Source: an uncultured delta proteobacterium (GTDB lineage: Bacteria; Desulfobacterota; WTBG01; CAIYCZ01; CAIRTM01). Taken from it: a stretch of 64,000 bases of DNA. The position numbers were made by a program, and so were the translations under genes. The notes beneath the pieces were generated by a model, which worked only from the letters and a program-made list of their open reading frames with translations, was not told the DNA's origin and searched no databases. Numbering within the stretch: the first letter of the stretch is position 1; every line of letters begins with the position of its first letter. The stretch spans positions 1,016-65,015 of the forward strand of contig CAIWCT010000110.1 in the NCBI GenBank assembly GCA_903911225.1. The letters are read 5' to 3'. Below are positions 20,532-31,471 of the stretch, piece after piece.

Positions 20532-22478
20532 CTATTCCGCATTGTTCCATTCGCCAGACTCTTTATCATTTAAAAATATAACCGGCTCAGATTCACAGCT
20601 ATTTTCACTCTGGGCGAGTGTGCGCCTTCCTCCCCACGAATTTTCTGCCGTATGTACGGCTTGTCTGCCGGCAGAAGAGATATGGATTTGAGTAGGCCTA
20701 AACAGAATGCTCTGCTTACGGGGTGTTTCAAGGCGGTTCTTTATGTCTTCCGAAACCGTGAACGTGCTGACCAGTTCCAGCAGCATCTGAGCCTGGCCTG
20801 TCAGCTCTTCGGCAGCAGATGCACTCTCTTCGGCATGGGCTGTGTTCTGCTGAGTCACCTGATCCACCTGCGAAAGGCCCTTGGTTATCTGACTTACGCC
20901 CTGAGCCTGCTCGCTGGATGCGGCTGCTATCTCGGCAACAAGGTCGGTTACCTTGCCTGCCGCAGCAACTATTTCCTGCAGGGCATCCGCGGTCCTGCTT
21001 GCCATTGAAGTGCCTTCCTCAATTTTTCTTACTGCTCCTTCAATCATCTGTTCAGTCTCTTTAGCCGCTTTTGCACTGCGGGCCGCAAGATTACGAACCT
21101 CTTCTGCAACCACGGCAAACCCCTTACCATATTTGCCAGCACGGGCAGCCTCAACCGCTGCGTTTAGTGCAAGGAGGTTTGTCTGGAAGGCGATCTCATC
21201 GATGATTTTAATAATTTTGGATATGTTACTGCTTGCAACACTTATATCATTCATAGCAACGACCATATCCTTCGTCTGCAGGTCTCCCTTTTCCGCAGAA
21301 ACCCGTGACTCGCCGGCAATCTTGCTAGCTAGGGTAGCATTCTCGGAATTTTGTCTGGTCTGCGAGGCTATCTCATTCATAGAGCTTGATATTTCTTCAA
21401 GCGAGCTTGCCTGTTCGGTTGCGCCCTGGCTCATAGCCTGACTGGAAGCGCTTAATTGTTCAGATCCGGAGAGAACGTTACTGGCTGAAAGATGTATTTC
21501 TGAAATAATTTGAGAAAGTTTTTCAGCCATTCGCTTTAACGAATGCCCCAGAGTATCCTTCTCGGATAAAACCGAAAATTTTACCGTCAGATCACCGCCT
21601 GAAATTCTCTCTGCAGCTTGTGCGAGCACTCGCATGTTTTCAACCATTATATTCATGGATTCTGCAAGAATTCCAATCTCATCACGCTGCTGAAAATGAA
21701 GGTTGCCGGATAGATCTCCCTGGGAAATTTGTTGAACAAAAAGCATTGCCTTTTTGATTGGTGTGGTTACAGCCCGGTTTATAAAAAAATAGAGAATTGC
21801 AGCCACAAGCATGAGCAGAATTATTATATTAATAACAATACCAAGGGCAAACATGCGCAGTTCAGCAATTGTTTTCTGCATGGGAACGTAGACATTGAGT
21901 GTGCCAAGAATTACGTTTTGCTTCAAATCGCTGTCCAGTCCTTTGCGCAGCCCCTGATGACATTCAGCGCAGCCCGCATGCGCTTGGCTGACCAGCGGTA
22001 CGGCAACCCGCATATAACCATCACGCAGAACCTCAACACGGTCCCTCCCCTTTTTTATTTCCTCGGCCGCTTCTCGTTCAAAGGCTGTTTGAATGCCGGT
22101 CTTTTCCTTTGCGCCAAATGGTTCAATGCCAAAAATATTAGTGTCACCAATGAGTCTGACGCGAGTAGCTCCCTCACCTAAATCATGAGACAGGGCATCA
22201 TTCATAGCTGTCTTTGTGCGGCTCCAATCCTCAAGAGCCAGCAGTGTATCAACCTTACCGGATTCACGTGCCTTTTGGAAATCCTGATGAAATTTAGTGG
22301 TCGTCACCATAAGCATTTTTGTTGTGCGGTCAATTTGATTCTGCGCCTCAGTCGATGCATAATTAAAAACAAGCTTCTGGGCGCTTCTAAACATCATGAC
22401 AGAAAAACCCACCCCGCTCATGATAACTACCGTCAGCAGAATCATGACAACTTTAGTTTTTAATGAAAAGTTTTTCAT
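20532..22478 (-). CDS. Methyl-accepting chemotaxis protein with a periplasmic c-type haem-binding motif (DcrA-like)
   Basis: The periplasmic region contains a single CxxCH ([11 protein letters not shown]) just before TM2, followed by HAMP and a signalling domain nearly identical to the other two MCPs. Confidence 0.85.
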   Translation of the reverse strand: MKNFSLKTKVVMILLTVVIMSGVGFSVMMFRSAQKLVFNYASTEAQNQIDRTTKMLMVTTTKFHQDFQKARESGKVDTLLALEDWSRTKTAMNDALSHDLGEGATRVRLIGDTNIFGIEPFGAKEKTGIQTAFEREAAEEIKKGRDRVEVLRDGYMRVAVPLVSQAHAGCAECHQGLRKGLDSDLKQNVILGTLNVYVPMQKTIAELRMFALGIVINIIILLMLVAAILYFFINRAVTTPIKKAMLFVQQISQGDLSGNLHFQQRDEIGILAESMNIMVENMRVLAQAAERISGGDLTVKFSVLSEKDTLGHSLKRMAEKLSQIISEIHLSASNVLSGSEQLSASSQAMSQGATEQASSLEEISSSMNEIASQTRQNSENATLASKIAGESRVSAEKGDLQTKDMVVAMNDISVASSNISKIIKIIDEIAFQTNLLALNAAVEAARAGKYGKGFAVVAEEVRNLAARSAKAAKETEQMIEGAVRKIEEGTSMASRTADALQEIVAAAGKVTDLVAEIAAASSEQAQGVSQITKGLSQVDQVTQQNTAHAEESASAAEELTGQAQMLLELVSTFTVSEDIKNRLETPRKQSILFRPTQIHISSAGRQAVHTAENSWGGRRTLAQSENSCESEPVIFLNDKESGEWNNAE

Positions 22479-22605
22479 ATACCCTCCAGAAAACATTGCT
22501 CAAAATCTGATGGCTTTAACTATATACGGCATCAATAAATTTGTTTAGGTGAATTTCAAAACTGCATAAAATAAGTATTAATGCAACTTCCTACGCCCTA
22601 GTTGT

Positions 22606-23130
22606 CTAACTGAAATCCGCAAGTGATTTAATTGAATCCATGTGCTCCCTGCGCACCAGATTATCAACATCAAGCAGTATCTTCACATCTTCCCCAATCT
22701 TGCCAAGCCCCTTGATATAGCGCTGCAGATTGCCTTGCGCTACCTCCGGCGGTAACTCAATTTGATTTGCCGGAATGTCGACAACCTCTCTGACCGTGTC
22801 CACTACCAGACCTACCGCCGAACCGTTTACGCTCACAACCACAATGCAGGTTCTGTCGTCATAGCCTCGTTCCGGCATCCTGAATCGCAATCGTACATCC
22901 ATCACCGGGATTACTTTACCGCGCAGGTTGATAACACCTTTGACGTATGCGGGCATATCCGGTACATCGGTTATTTTCTGAATGCCGATAATTTCTGTTA
23001 CAAAGCATATTTCAATTCCATAGTCCTCTTTTCCAACGGTAAACGTCAGATATTTGTCCTTTTGGGTATCTTCATCGTCATCATCGTAGAAATCATCATC
23101 AATTCTCTCATTGTCTCTTTGATATTTCAT
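22606..23130 (-). CDS. cheW: Chemotaxis coupling protein
   Basis: CheW fold motifs FTVGKEDYGIEI...VINLRGKVIPVMDVRLRF...IVVV...GLVVD. The start was chosen at the Met preceded by AAGGAG. Confidence 0.85.
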   Translation of the reverse strand: MKYQRDNERIDDDFYDDDDEDTQKDKYLTFTVGKEDYGIEICFVTEIIGIQKITDVPDMPAYVKGVINLRGKVIPVMDVRLRFRMPERGYDDRTCIVVVSVNGSAVGLVVDTVREVVDIPANQIELPPEVAQGNLQRYIKGLGKIGEDVKILLDVDNLVRREHMDSIKSLADFS

Positions 23131-23189
23131 AATAGGGGCTCCTTTATTCATGATGTACGTAAATCGTCGAAACAAATCGTCATCAGGGG

Positions 23190-25049
23190 CTAGTATTTCC
23201 CGAACTCCCTGTCGTCCAGATAAATCACCGGATCGGGGCTTTGGTTTCCAGCCGTTGCTCCGCCCCAATGCGCTGCAGTACTTGTTCGAGCAGGGGCTTG
23301 TACCAGCTCCTTCCCGGGTTTCAGCATCAGGTTGCTGCCTGCTGACTGATGGGGGACATCGACTTTACTGCATGCTATTTTTTTTTCCAGCTTAAATGTG
23401 TTCACTAATTGCTGCAATACAATGGACTGGCTCGACAGCTCCTCAGCGGCCGCTGCACTTTCCTCGGCATGGGCAGTATTCTGCTGCGTTACCTGAGCCA
23501 CTTGTCCAAGTCCCTGCGTAATCTGACTCACGCCTTGAGCCTGCTCATTGGAAGCAGCCGCAATCTCGGCAACAAGGTCAGTCATCTTACCCGCAGAGGC
23601 AACTATCTCGCTCAATGCCGCTGCCGTTTTATCAGCAATCTGTGTGCCGTCACCTACCCTTTTCACGGAGCCCTCGATCAGATCTGCTGTCTCCCGGGCG
23701 GCTTTGGCGCTACGTGCGGCAAGATTTCTCACCTCTTCGGCCACTACAGCAAAACCCTTACCATACTTGCCGGCCCGTGCAGCCTCAACCGCAGCGTTTA
23801 GTGCCAGCAAATTGGTTTGAAAGGCTATTTCGTCAATAACTTTAATTATTCTAGAAATGCTGCGGCTTGACTCGTTTATCTCCCGCATGCCCGTTACCAT
23901 CTGGATCATTTGCGTATTACCCTTTTCAGCAAATGTTTTTGTTTCACCGGCAAGAATATTTGCCTGCGTTGCATTCTCTGCAGTCAACCTGGTCTGCGAG
24001 GCAATCTCGTTCATGGAGCTTGAAATCTCCTCAAGAGAGCTTGCCTGCTCGGTTGCTCCCTGGCTCATGGCCTGGCTTGTCGAACTCATCTGTCCAGCCC
24101 CAGACGCTACATAGTTTGCCGATATATTGATTTCAGTCATTGTTGCGGAAATTTTTTCAATCATATGCTGCAGTGCCTGCCCAAGTGAATCCCTCTCAGA
24201 GAGAACCTGCACTTTTATACTCAGATCGCCTTCGGCAATGCGTTGCGCAACATGAACGGCGCTTTTCATATTTGACGTCATTGTTCTCATAAAGTCGGCA
24301 AGCATGCCGGCCTCATCTTTTTGTCGTATATCAATATCGACATTTAGATCACCGACAGCCATGGATTTAATCATTTCAACCACCTTCATAATAGGACGGG
24401 TTATGCTTAGAGTGATGACAGTCCCAAGTACAATAGCAAGCACTAACCCTGCAAACACTTCCATAAGCATTATCCATGAAATACTCTGAGCAGTTGATCT
24501 GATTCCCTCAATCCCCTTTTCGAGCCGTAGGGCGCCCTCTTCGGATAAATGTTTCACCATTGCTTCAATTTTTTGGGTCTCATTTTTGTATGCCTCAATT
24601 GCGTTGTTTGCATCTTCAGCTGAGGCAAGAGTGCCGGTCTGAATCTGGCTGTAAACCATATTAAAGCCTTCTGCGTATATGGTAAAATTATCTTTTATTG
24701 CTTTAATGCTATCCTTATCATTTTGAGTTAATCCTGCTTTTTCAAGATCAGTCAGTCTGGTTAAGAAAAGCTCGCGCAAATCATTCCATTTTCTGAAATA
24801 CTCTGCACACTTTTCAGCAGAAGAAATGTTTATAAAAATTTCTTTTTCGATCCGTCGAAGTCCGGCAACATCAGCCAGCGCACCGGCAGCCTGCCGTTCA
24901 ATTTCGCCGTTTGTCTGTTGGAAATCAATTACTCTATACACAATTGATCCAACTCCCCATGAGCCTGCTCCAAAAACCAGCAGAAGCACAAAAACAAGTA
25001 AGCCAAAGCTTATTGCCAGGCGTAAGCCGATTTTCATATTTTTAATCAT
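23190..25049 (-). CDS. Methyl-accepting chemotaxis protein (small four-helix-bundle-type periplasmic domain)
   Basis: TM, a periplasmic helical domain of about 170 aa, TM, HAMP and the conserved MCP signalling domain. Confidence 0.9.
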   Translation of the reverse strand: MIKNMKIGLRLAISFGLLVFVLLLVFGAGSWGVGSIVYRVIDFQQTNGEIERQAAGALADVAGLRRIEKEIFINISSAEKCAEYFRKWNDLRELFLTRLTDLEKAGLTQNDKDSIKAIKDNFTIYAEGFNMVYSQIQTGTLASAEDANNAIEAYKNETQKIEAMVKHLSEEGALRLEKGIEGIRSTAQSISWIMLMEVFAGLVLAIVLGTVITLSITRPIMKVVEMIKSMAVGDLNVDIDIRQKDEAGMLADFMRTMTSNMKSAVHVAQRIAEGDLSIKVQVLSERDSLGQALQHMIEKISATMTEINISANYVASGAGQMSSTSQAMSQGATEQASSLEEISSSMNEIASQTRLTAENATQANILAGETKTFAEKGNTQMIQMVTGMREINESSRSISRIIKVIDEIAFQTNLLALNAAVEAARAGKYGKGFAVVAEEVRNLAARSAKAARETADLIEGSVKRVGDGTQIADKTAAALSEIVASAGKMTDLVAEIAAASNEQAQGVSQITQGLGQVAQVTQQNTAHAEESAAAAEELSSQSIVLQQLVNTFKLEKKIACSKVDVPHQSAGSNLMLKPGKELVQAPARTSTAAHWGGATAGNQSPDPVIYLDDREFGKY

Positions 25050-25131
25050 TGTCTTATTCCCCTGAAAAAATAGGTTAGAATACATACCAGTATAACGGGC
25101 ATGTCAATGCCGTCGATGAAACCTGGTGCAA

Positions 25132-27369
25132 TCAACCTTCATGAATCTCGGCCTTTGCCTTTTTGATAAGGCTGCCCACGTCCAGTATCAGGCACACCTC
25201 ACCATCTCCCATGATGCAGCAACCCGAAAGGCCTTCCACCGACCCCATATAGTCGGGTATCCCTTTTATAACAGTCTGTATCTGACCGATTATTTCATCA
25301 GCAAACAGACAAAGTTGTTCGCCCTGATTTTCAATAATGACTAAAATCCCATCGTGGAGGTTCTCAGTATCAGGCTTTATGTTGTGCAGCCGGTACAAAC
25401 GGGATACCTGCAGCAGAGCATCACGAATTTTTACCACCTCGGTGCCATTGGGCAAAACCGTGATATGATGCTCCTTGGGTCTGAACGATTCCATAATAGC
25501 AAGCAGGGGGATGATATATTTTGACTGCCCTACCCTGACCAGCATCCCCTCGATGATAGCAAGGGTGAGGGGGATGCGAAGTACAAATGATGTGCCTTTG
25601 TCCGGCGCGCTTTTAATATCTACACGCCCCTTGATCTTCTCAAGGTTGCGCCTTACAACGTCCAGGCCCACTCCGCGGCCTGACACATCCGTGACCAGAT
25701 CAGCCGTGGAGAACCCAGGCTCAAATATCAAGTCGTATATGTCCTCGTCTTTTAAGGTATCGGGATTGCCACGCAGAAGCCCTTTTTCAAGGGACTTTTT
25801 GATAATCCTCTCCCTGTTCAAGCCTGCGCCGTCATCAGATATTTTTATGACAACATCGCCCCCGTCATACCGGGCCTCCATAACAATGACACCAGTTTCA
25901 TCCTTGCCGAGTTCCCGGCGTCGTTCGGGTGTTTCCATACCGTGGTCAATGGCATTTCTTATTATATGCACCAGCGGATCAGAAATATGTTCAATTACGG
26001 TTTTGTCAACCTCGGTCTCCTCGCCTTTGAGTTCAAGCCGTACCTTTTTTGAAAATTTTATAGCAAGGTCATGTACGAGACGTATCATTTTACGAAACGT
26101 GGTGGTAAGGGGAATCATGCGGATGGCAAGCGCCACATCCTGTAGATCGGTGCTGATGCGTTCGAGGTTATGGCATGACTTGTCGAAATTATCCAGATCA
26201 TAGCCCTTGTTCCGTAGGTCGGGGTTATGGATGACCATCATCTGTGCGATGACCATTTCTCCAACCAACTCCATCAAGAGATCTAGCTTGTCAAGATCGA
26301 CACGAATGTCCCTGCGAAAAATTTTTTGTATTCCCATTTTATCCTGTTCGGCAAATGCATACTCAGTGGCATCTGCGTGCAAGGACTGCTCATCAAGAAG
26401 TATCTCATCAAAGGTTTTGCCCTGGAGTTTCAAAGCCGTTTCCACCTCGCTTGCCGATGCTATGCCCCGGGCTATCAGTATCTCGCCCAGCTTCAGCTTT
26501 TTTGACTCCATATCCAGCTCGGGTGTCAGCCCGTTCAGCAAATCGACCATGAGATCACAACCCTTTATTATGCCGCTTCCGTCATGGGACAGATCCGCAA
26601 CGGCTCCACGAATGGAATCCATGGTTCGGATGATGATAGAAATATTTTGATTGGTTGGGGCTACAGCACCTGACTTCATGCATGCCAGAACATTTTCAAT
26701 GCTGTGGCTCAGGCGCTCAAGATCGCCAAAGCCCATAAACCCGCAGTTGCCCTTAAAGCTGTGAATATTACGAAATGCCGTATCCAAGCTCTCCTGCCTG
26801 TTACCGGACCGGTCAATTTCAAGCAGTGACTGCTCAACGGTTTCCAGCATTTCATCTGACTCTTGTATGTAGCTCTGACGCATTTCAGGAGTAATAGTCA
26901 TAACAGGGGGCTGCTGAGCATCAGGGGCATGGGCTGGTGCAGAGGATTCATCAAGGGTTGCAGCTATGATCTCCTGGGCAAAAGAATTGACCCGCTCTTC
27001 AAACCCATGGTCATGCCCCTGCTTTTCAATTGCCAGCAGCAGGGAACGCATAAAATCGCATGCACGGCAGAGCACGTCAGTTCGCGCGGTTGTAAGGATA
27101 ATCCTGCCGTCGCGGATACTGTTGAGCATTTCCTCAACTTCATGAGTCAGCCTGACCACATTGTGAAGTTTTAGAAATCCTGCGGCACCCTTAAGCGAAT
27201 GAAACAGACGAAAAACGGCGTTAAGCTTATCGACATCGACGCTGCCGCCCTCCTCGCAAAATTTGTGCAGCTCGATAAGGTCGGGTTCAAGCTCATCAAG
27301 CAGTTCGTGCCCGTCGGCTACAAATCCCTGCATCATTTCGCGGTCTTCTTCAAGTTGGGTCATGAGCAC
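25132..27369 (-). CDS. cheA: Chemotaxis histidine kinase CheA with two HPt domains
   Basis: There are two HPt domains (HSLKGAAGFL and HSFKGNCGFMGF), then dimerisation, HATPase (DDGAGLN...GRGVGLDVV) and the CheW-like P5 domain. Residues 293-316 form a single MshEN-like motif, KLGEILIARGIASASEVETALKLQ. Confidence 0.9.
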   Translation of the reverse strand: MLMTQLEEDREMMQGFVADGHELLDELEPDLIELHKFCEEGGSVDVDKLNAVFRLFHSLKGAAGFLKLHNVVRLTHEVEEMLNSIRDGRIILTTARTDVLCRACDFMRSLLLAIEKQGHDHGFEERVNSFAQEIIAATLDESSAPAHAPDAQQPPVMTITPEMRQSYIQESDEMLETVEQSLLEIDRSGNRQESLDTAFRNIHSFKGNCGFMGFGDLERLSHSIENVLACMKSGAVAPTNQNISIIIRTMDSIRGAVADLSHDGSGIIKGCDLMVDLLNGLTPELDMESKKLKLGEILIARGIASASEVETALKLQGKTFDEILLDEQSLHADATEYAFAEQDKMGIQKIFRRDIRVDLDKLDLLMELVGEMVIAQMMVIHNPDLRNKGYDLDNFDKSCHNLERISTDLQDVALAIRMIPLTTTFRKMIRLVHDLAIKFSKKVRLELKGEETEVDKTVIEHISDPLVHIIRNAIDHGMETPERRRELGKDETGVIVMEARYDGGDVVIKISDDGAGLNRERIIKKSLEKGLLRGNPDTLKDEDIYDLIFEPGFSTADLVTDVSGRGVGLDVVRRNLEKIKGRVDIKSAPDKGTSFVLRIPLTLAIIEGMLVRVGQSKYIIPLLAIMESFRPKEHHITVLPNGTEVVKIRDALLQVSRLYRLHNIKPDTENLHDGILVIIENQGEQLCLFADEIIGQIQTVIKGIPDYMGSVEGLSGCCIMGDGEVCLILDVGSLIKKAKAEIHEG

Positions 27370-27935
27370 CTCATTGTTCTTTATATCTAATGAACTAAAT
27401 ATAGTCGTGGAAACATTTGTGCGAACTCACAAGCATCTATCAAACAACAAAGGCACGATGCTTTTTAACCATTATGTAAAAAATGACTGTCGAAGGCTGC
27501 ATCATAACACCATGAGCCACTGGCATGTATCTGGTTTTGAATGCTTACTGGCAGGAATGCAAGTCTAGTTTGTAATAATGAATGCGCCTGGTAATTCTGA
27601 TCTGCACGGGAATCACCATAGTCTACGACCGCAGCAGCTTCGGAAACAAAATTCCGGTAGCCTACTATCATGCCGACAAGGAGTCTTTCTGTAATGCTTG
27701 ATGGTACACCAGTTATCATAGGATGCACCTTCATGTAATGGAGGCAAATTAAACTGTTACAAGCATCACATGGTATATATTATAAATTGATATTATAAAT
27801 ACAAACAGAATACAACTGCTAATTCAATTTTTTAGGATTGATTTTTTCGATGTATATTGCATGCATAATAGATAAAATACTTCACTGTGAATAGAACGGT
27901 AAATACTACAAAAGTAATTTTAACTTGTTCTGAAC

Positions 27936-27964
27936 AATAAAAAAAGAGCTTTGAAAAGCTCTTT
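27936..27964 (-). terminator. Intrinsic terminator downstream of glnS
   Basis: On the minus strand a stem aagagcttt/aaagctctt is followed by a run of seven or more U. It lies 70 nt past the glnS stop. Confidence 0.6.
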
Positions 27965-28034
27965 TCCATAATAAATCCATAGTTGCAAATCTAGAATTGT
28001 TTAATTGCAAGCTCAATTCTGATCATAAAGAGCT

Positions 28035-29765
28035 TCATTTCTTCCCCTTTTTAATTTTTGTCCATTCATCTCTGAGTGTCACTGTACGGTTAAAAACTAA
28101 ACTACCGTTGGACGAACCAGCGGAATCAATACAAAAATAGCCAAGACGCTCAAACTGGTAAAGGTCTCCAGGCTTAGCTGAAGCTAGACTAGGCTCGATG
28201 CGGCAGCCATTCATACACTCTATTGAATAGGGATTAAGATAGTCTTTGTAGTCCTTTCCCTCACTGGTATCGCTTGGATCGGAAACGCTAAAAAGCTTGT
28301 CATAAAGATTGACTTGAGCCTCAACGGCATGGCTGGCTGATACCCAGTGAAGGGTTGCTTTCACCTTGCGGCCATCGGGCGAATCGCCGCCTCTGGTTGC
28401 CGGATCATAGGTGCAGTGCAGCGCTATAATATCACCCGTTGCTGTGTCTTTCTCAATGCTCTCGCACTTTATAAAATAAGCATACCGGAGACGAACCTCG
28501 CGGCCCGGGGCTAAGCGGAAAAATTCCTTGGGTGGATTTTCCATAAAATCATCCTGCTCAATGAATATTTCGCGTGAGAAAGGAACCATGCGTGTGCCTG
28601 CGGATTGGTCTTCAGGATTATTGATAGCGTGTAGTTCATCAATTTGGCCTTCAGGATAATTATCGATAATAATACGCAGGGGCCGCAGTACAGCCATAAC
28701 GCGGCGCGCGCGCTTATTGAGGTCCTCACGCAGACAGTGCTCCAGCAAGGCCATATCAACAGTGCTATCGCGCTTGGCAACACCGATGCGGTCGCAGAAA
28801 CTGCAAATGGCCTCTGGCGTATAGCCCCGCCGTCGCATACCAGACAGCGTCGGCATGCGCGGATCGTCCCAGCCTGATACAAGTCCCTGCTGCACAAGTT
28901 CCAGCAGCCGACGCTTGCTCATGACAGTGTATGTAAGATTGAGGCGCGCAAATTCGATCTGTTGAGGATGGCCAAGCTCTGCGAACTGATCGAGAAACCA
29001 GTCATACAATGGGCGATGGTCTTCAAACTCAAGCGTGCAAATGGAATGCGTGATGCCCTCCAGTGCATCTGAAACGCAGTGAGCATAATCATACATGGGG
29101 TAGATGCACCAGAGATTGCCAGTCCGGTGATGATCGGCCCGAAGAATGCGGTACATGATCGGATCGCGCATATTGAAATTGGGCGAGGCCATATCGATTT
29201 TTGCCCGTAGCGTACGGCTGCCGTCGGGAAAATCGCCAGCTCGCATACGGCTGAAAAGATCAAGATTTTCTTCAATGCTCCGACTGTAGAACGGGCTTGG
29301 GGTTCCCGGTTCAGTAAGCGAGCCGCGATGCTGCCGAACCTGGTCGGGCGTCAAGTCACAGACAAATGCTTTGCCGAGATTGATGAGTTCAACGGCATAC
29401 TGGTAGAGTTTTTCAAAATAATCTGAAGCAAAAAACTCTCGATCATCCCAGTCAAAACCAAGCCAGCGCACATCCTCCCGGATGGAGTCGACATACTCAG
29501 TGTCTTCCTTGCTTGGATTGGTGTCGTCAAACCGCAGATTGCATAATCCCTTATAGTCACGGGCTATACCAAAATTCAGACAGATGGATTTGGCATGCCC
29601 TATATGCAGATAACCGTTGGGCTCGGGCGGGAAACGGGTATGCACACGGCTGCCGTTTTTACACGTGCACAGATCCTCATCAATGATGTCACGTATGAAA
29701 TTTGATACAGCAGAAGCAGTATTTTTGTCTGCAGTATCTTTTAAGCCAGCATCCGAAGACGACAT
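28035..29765 (-). CDS. glnS: Glutaminyl-tRNA synthetase
   Basis: Class I aaRS HIGH motif [18 protein letters not shown] and the KMSKS-like VMSKR; 576 aa with a GlnRS-type architecture. Confidence 0.85.
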   Translation of the reverse strand: MSSSDAGLKDTADKNTASAVSNFIRDIIDEDLCTCKNGSRVHTRFPPEPNGYLHIGHAKSICLNFGIARDYKGLCNLRFDDTNPSKEDTEYVDSIREDVRWLGFDWDDREFFASDYFEKLYQYAVELINLGKAFVCDLTPDQVRQHRGSLTEPGTPSPFYSRSIEENLDLFSRMRAGDFPDGSRTLRAKIDMASPNFNMRDPIMYRILRADHHRTGNLWCIYPMYDYAHCVSDALEGITHSICTLEFEDHRPLYDWFLDQFAELGHPQQIEFARLNLTYTVMSKRRLLELVQQGLVSGWDDPRMPTLSGMRRRGYTPEAICSFCDRIGVAKRDSTVDMALLEHCLREDLNKRARRVMAVLRPLRIIIDNYPEGQIDELHAINNPEDQSAGTRMVPFSREIFIEQDDFMENPPKEFFRLAPGREVRLRYAYFIKCESIEKDTATGDIIALHCTYDPATRGGDSPDGRKVKATLHWVSASHAVEAQVNLYDKLFSVSDPSDTSEGKDYKDYLNPYSIECMNGCRIEPSLASAKPGDLYQFERLGYFCIDSAGSSNGSLVFNRTVTLRDEWTKIKKGKK

Positions 29766-29841
29766 GATAGTTCCTCTTTACAGTTTTATCATTTGGTAGA
29801 TGCGCACATTAGAGACAGACCCCAATATGTCTTTTATTCCA

Positions 29842-31152
29842 TTATGCTTTAAAAACCTTTTCATGCGCAAGTCTGTAAACATTGCGCGTATCTAAAATAA
29901 GCTGTGCGTTAGCAAGTATTTCATCATATGCAAAAGAGCTGTGATCTGTTACCACAATAACCAGATCATAAGATGCTATGGCTGCCGGGCTGTAAACAAT
30001 TGAGCGAAGCTTCATGCCGGGAAAGTGGCGATGCGGCCCGGTTTCAGGGATAAACGGATCATAATAGTCAACAAGCGCGCCCTGTTTGACAATAAGCTCA
30101 TGAAGGGTAAGTGCCGGACTTTCCCGCACGTCATCAATGTCCTTTTTATATGCCACGCCCAGCAGCAGGATGCGGCTTCCGCGCAGTGACTTGTTATGCT
30201 GGTTAAGCGCTGCGCCCGCCTTTTGAACCACAAAGTACGGCTGCTGAGTATTGATCTCACCAGCGAGTTCGATGAAGCGGGTTGTAAACTCGTACTCTTT
30301 TGCCTTCCAGGTAAGATAGTACGGATCTATGGGAATGCAGTGCCCTCCGAGCCCGGGGCCGGGATAAAAAGCCTGAAACCCGAATGGTTTGCTTTTTGCC
30401 GCGTCAATAACCTCCCAGACATTTATGCCCATGCGGTCAAAGAGCATTTTTAATTCATTGACCATGGCGATATTGACCGCGCGGTAGGTGTTTTCAAGTA
30501 TCTTTGACGCCTCGGCTACTTTTGGTGTAGAAACCCTGACGGTTGTCACAATTTCGCGATACAGGCAGTCGACAACCTCAAGGCAGTCCGGCGTCACACC
30601 GCTGACGATCTTGGGAATCGTACCGGTTGAAAAATCCTTATTGCCCGGATCTTCCCGCTCTGGAGAGTAACCGAGATAATAGTCCACACCGACCTTCAGG
30701 CCCGTTGCTTCCAGAATTGGCATCATATCATCCTCTGTCGTTCCAGGATAAGTGGAGCTTTCAAGTACAACTACATGCCCGGTGCGTAAATGCTGAGCAA
30801 TACTGCGGGTGGAATTAAGAACATACGACAGGTCGGGGTTTCGGTGCTTGCCTAGAGGGGTCGGCACGCACACAAGTATATAGTCGACGTCGGCAAGCCT
30901 TGCAAAATCCGAGGTGGCAGTAAGTTTTTTAGTTTCCAGAACGTGTTTTTTTAAAAAATCATCTTGAATATGCTTAATATAACTTTGTCCGGTTTTAAGC
31001 ATTTCAACCTTATTAAGGTCAACATCAAAACCGCATACTTTAAAACCTTCTTTAAGAAATTCTCGCGCAAGAGGCAAACCAACGTAGCCAAGTCCGATTA
31101 TGCCAATCACAGCCTCGCGGGCAACAACTTTACTGCACAGTTTGTTTTTCAT
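29842..31152 (-). CDS. Nucleotide-sugar dehydrogenase (UDP-N-acetylglucosamine/mannosamine dehydrogenase-like, WbpA/TviB family)
   Basis: N-terminal Rossmann IGIIGLGYVGLPLAREF, a catalytic Cys region (GGHCIPIDP), 436 aa. Confidence 0.8.
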   Translation of the reverse strand: MKNKLCSKVVAREAVIGIIGLGYVGLPLAREFLKEGFKVCGFDVDLNKVEMLKTGQSYIKHIQDDFLKKHVLETKKLTATSDFARLADVDYILVCVPTPLGKHRNPDLSYVLNSTRSIAQHLRTGHVVVLESSTYPGTTEDDMMPILEATGLKVGVDYYLGYSPEREDPGNKDFSTGTIPKIVSGVTPDCLEVVDCLYREIVTTVRVSTPKVAEASKILENTYRAVNIAMVNELKMLFDRMGINVWEVIDAAKSKPFGFQAFYPGPGLGGHCIPIDPYYLTWKAKEYEFTTRFIELAGEINTQQPYFVVQKAGAALNQHNKSLRGSRILLLGVAYKKDIDDVRESPALTLHELIVKQGALVDYYDPFIPETGPHRHFPGMKLRSIVYSPAAIASYDLVIVVTDHSSFAYDEILANAQLILDTRNVYRLAHEKVFKA

Positions 31153-31281
31153 AGCACCCCCTGAAGTTAATTGAAATTATACACCATTGAATTGTGCTTT
31201 TAACACATTCCGAGCCTCCTGTCATCAATATCGCAACTTAAATTAACAGGCGGGAATGATCTTGTTTTGCGAGCAAACTTG

Positions 31282-31434
31282 TTGACGAAAAAAATACACT
31301 GTGATAAATTTTTATATATATAAAAGTTTCCTAGTCTGCCTTATGCAGACCGATAAGGTTGAGCGCGGCTCAGCCCGCCATGTTGCGAAGGAAGCCTGAA
31401 GGTGATTTGCGCCTTCAGGCTTTTTTTATTTTTT
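31282..31434 (+). promoter_or_regulatory. Sigma70-type promoter plus a leader RNA of about 118 nt ending in a strong intrinsic terminator, directly upstream of fdhA
   Basis: The -35 is TTGACG (31282-31287), followed by a 17-nt spacer and -10 TAAATT (31305-31310). The leader contains the hairpins gtctgccttatgcagac and tgagcgcggctca. It ends in an 11-bp stem aagcctgaagg/ccttcaggctt (31392-31422) followed by TTTTTTTATTTTTT. The fdhA RBS and ATG lie 38 nt after the U-tract. Confidence 0.5.
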
Positions 31435-31471
31435 ATCCAGCAATTTTTTATAACACAAGGAGGACTCAAGG

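Noticed and set aside
25475-26650. Long plus-strand ORFs (242 and 147 aa) antisense to cheA
   Set aside because: They lie entirely within the well-supported cheA coding region on the opposite strand. They are Ser/Arg-rich with no motifs or RBS, typical of GC-skewed antisense frames.
27465-27734. 89-aa ORF in the AT-rich region upstream of cheA
   Set aside because: No RBS or recognisable motif. The region is more plausibly the che operon promoter and leader; kept as noncoding.
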